A stretch of 64,000 bases of DNA from an uncultured candidatus Porisulfidus sp. Lineage in GTDB: Bacteria > Pseudomonadota > Gammaproteobacteria > Poriferisulfidales > Poriferisulfidaceae. The notes under the pieces are model-generated. The model made no database searches. It was not told the origin of the DNA and worked only from the letters and a program-made list of their open reading frames with translations. Positions 62,992 to 64,000 of the stretch are shown here, piece after piece. The stretch is from positions 864,001 through 928,000 of the forward strand of contig OZ241993.1 of assembly GCA_965204575.1 (NCBI GenBank). Direction: 5' to 3'. Position 1 is the first letter of the stretch, and every line of letters starts with the position of its first letter. Made by a program: the position numbers and the translations under genes.

Positions 62992-64000
62992 TCAGGCAGA
63001 AGGTGCCTTTTCCCGATCCAGTTCTATCCCCTGCGACTGATGCAGCAGCACCTCTCCGACCGCGAACACCGAACCGAACACCACCACGGCCCCTTCCTGC
63101 CCGGCTCTTGAGGCCGCTTCCCGGTAGGCTTCCGTGATAGTGGGGTGGATATGCACTGCGGGCAGTTTGCAGGATTCCGCCAGCACCCGCAGGGTTTCCA
63201 GCGGGATGGTGCGGGGGGATTCCACTTCGCTCAGGTGCCAGCTTTCGACCAGCGGACTCAGTGGCCCCAGAATGTTTGCCACGTCCTTTTCCTGCAATGC
63301 GGAGAAGACCGCGTGCAGCGGTCGCCCGGGCCGGTAGCGGCGAAGGTTGCGGGCTAGGTTGATCGCCCCCTCCGGATTGTGCGCGATGTCCAGCACGGTA
63401 TCCACGGGTTTGCTCAGGACCTGGAAGCGTCCGGTCAGGCTGACGTCTTCGAGCGCGTGCCGAATGGTCTCCGGATCGAACCGTCCCAGATGGTGCAGCA
63501 CGGTCAGGGCGCTGGCCGCATTGTTCAGTTGCACCCTTCCGGGCAACTGAGGCGGGGTCGGCAGGTCCAGGCTGATGCCGTCGCGGTGGCGGTAGCGCCA
63601 GCGGTCGGAGCCGAGAGGCTCCGCGAAGAAGTCGCTGCCAATGCGCTGTAGTGGTGCGCCCAGGCGTCGGGCCTGATCTGACAAGCTGGCGGGGAGGTCG
63701 GGTTCTCCGCAGATCACGGGCCGCCCCGGGCGCATGATGCCGGCTTTTTCCCGCCCGATCGATTCCCGGGTCCGGCCCAGCCACTCGGTGTGGTCGATGC
63801 TGATGCTGGTAATCAGGGCGACGTCGGCGTCCCACAGGTTGACCGCGTCCATCCGCCCGCCAAGGCCGACCTCCAGGATCGCATAGTCGATCTCTCGCTC
63901 GCGAAAGACCGACAGGGTGGCGAGGGTGCCGTACTCGAAGAACGACAGGCTGGTGTCGCCGCGGGCCTGTTCCACCTGTTCGAAAGCACGGCACAATGAC
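62992..64000 (-). CDS. folC: Folylpolyglutamate / dihydrofolate synthase, 5' end outside the window
   Basis: LSFFEYGTL, LEVGLGGRMDAVN, IDHTEWLG, EKAGIMR, GRFQ, LDIAHNP, FGS. Confidence 0.95.
   Translation of the reverse strand, partial: SLCRAFEQVEQARGDTSLSFFEYGTLATLSVFREREIDYAILEVGLGGRMDAVNLWDADVALITSISIDHTEWLGRTRESIGREKAGIMRPGRPVICGEPDLPASLSDQARRLGAPLQRIGSDFFAEPLGSDRWRYRHRDGISLDLPTPPQLPGRVQLNNAASALTVLHHLGRFDPETIRHALEDVSLTGRFQVLSKPVDTVLDIAHNPEGAINLARNLRRYRPGRPLHAVFSALQEKDVANILGPLSPLVESWHLSEVESPRTIPLETLRVLAESCKLPAVHIHPTITEAYREAASRAGQEGAVVVFGSVFAVGEVLLHQSQGIELDREKAPSA

Overview
High-GC gammaproteobacterial chromosome segment. The housekeeping backbone is the 3' part of a UvrD-type helicase gene, gltB, dnaG, valS-holC-pepA, lptFG, xerD-dsbC, addA, ftsH-glmM-tpiA-secG-tRNA-Leu(GAG), lpxH and folC-dedD-cvpA-purF. 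Several usual operon neighbours are missing at these loci. Four lower-GC insertions interrupt the backbone. (1) About 20.85-27.2 kb: a defence islet with a single-chain type IIG/ISP-like restriction-modification enzyme, an ApeA-like HEPN protein and a second HEPN-motif protein that reads in frame into the host RDD gene. (2) 32.36-47.97 kb: a 15.6-kb island bounded by tRNA-Leu and a degenerate copy of its 3' end. It carries an epoxyalkane:coenzyme M transferase-like enzyme, a bacterial coenzyme M biosynthesis-like cassette (comA/xcbB, xcbC, xcbD, xcbE), a CoA transferase, an acylating ALDH, a GMC oxidoreductase, a GST and an MFS transporter, but no monooxygenase or integrase. (3) About 52.6-55.2 kb: an islet of orphan ORFs. 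(4) About 60.4-63.0 kb: a toxin-antitoxin islet (AbiE-like pair plus brnA with an apparently deleted brnT). The most unusual single gene is a PEP-carboxykinase-like protein (9925-11835) whose P-loop is absent from its canonical position and appears at the extreme C-terminus. All calls come from motif recognition and gene context; no database searches were run.
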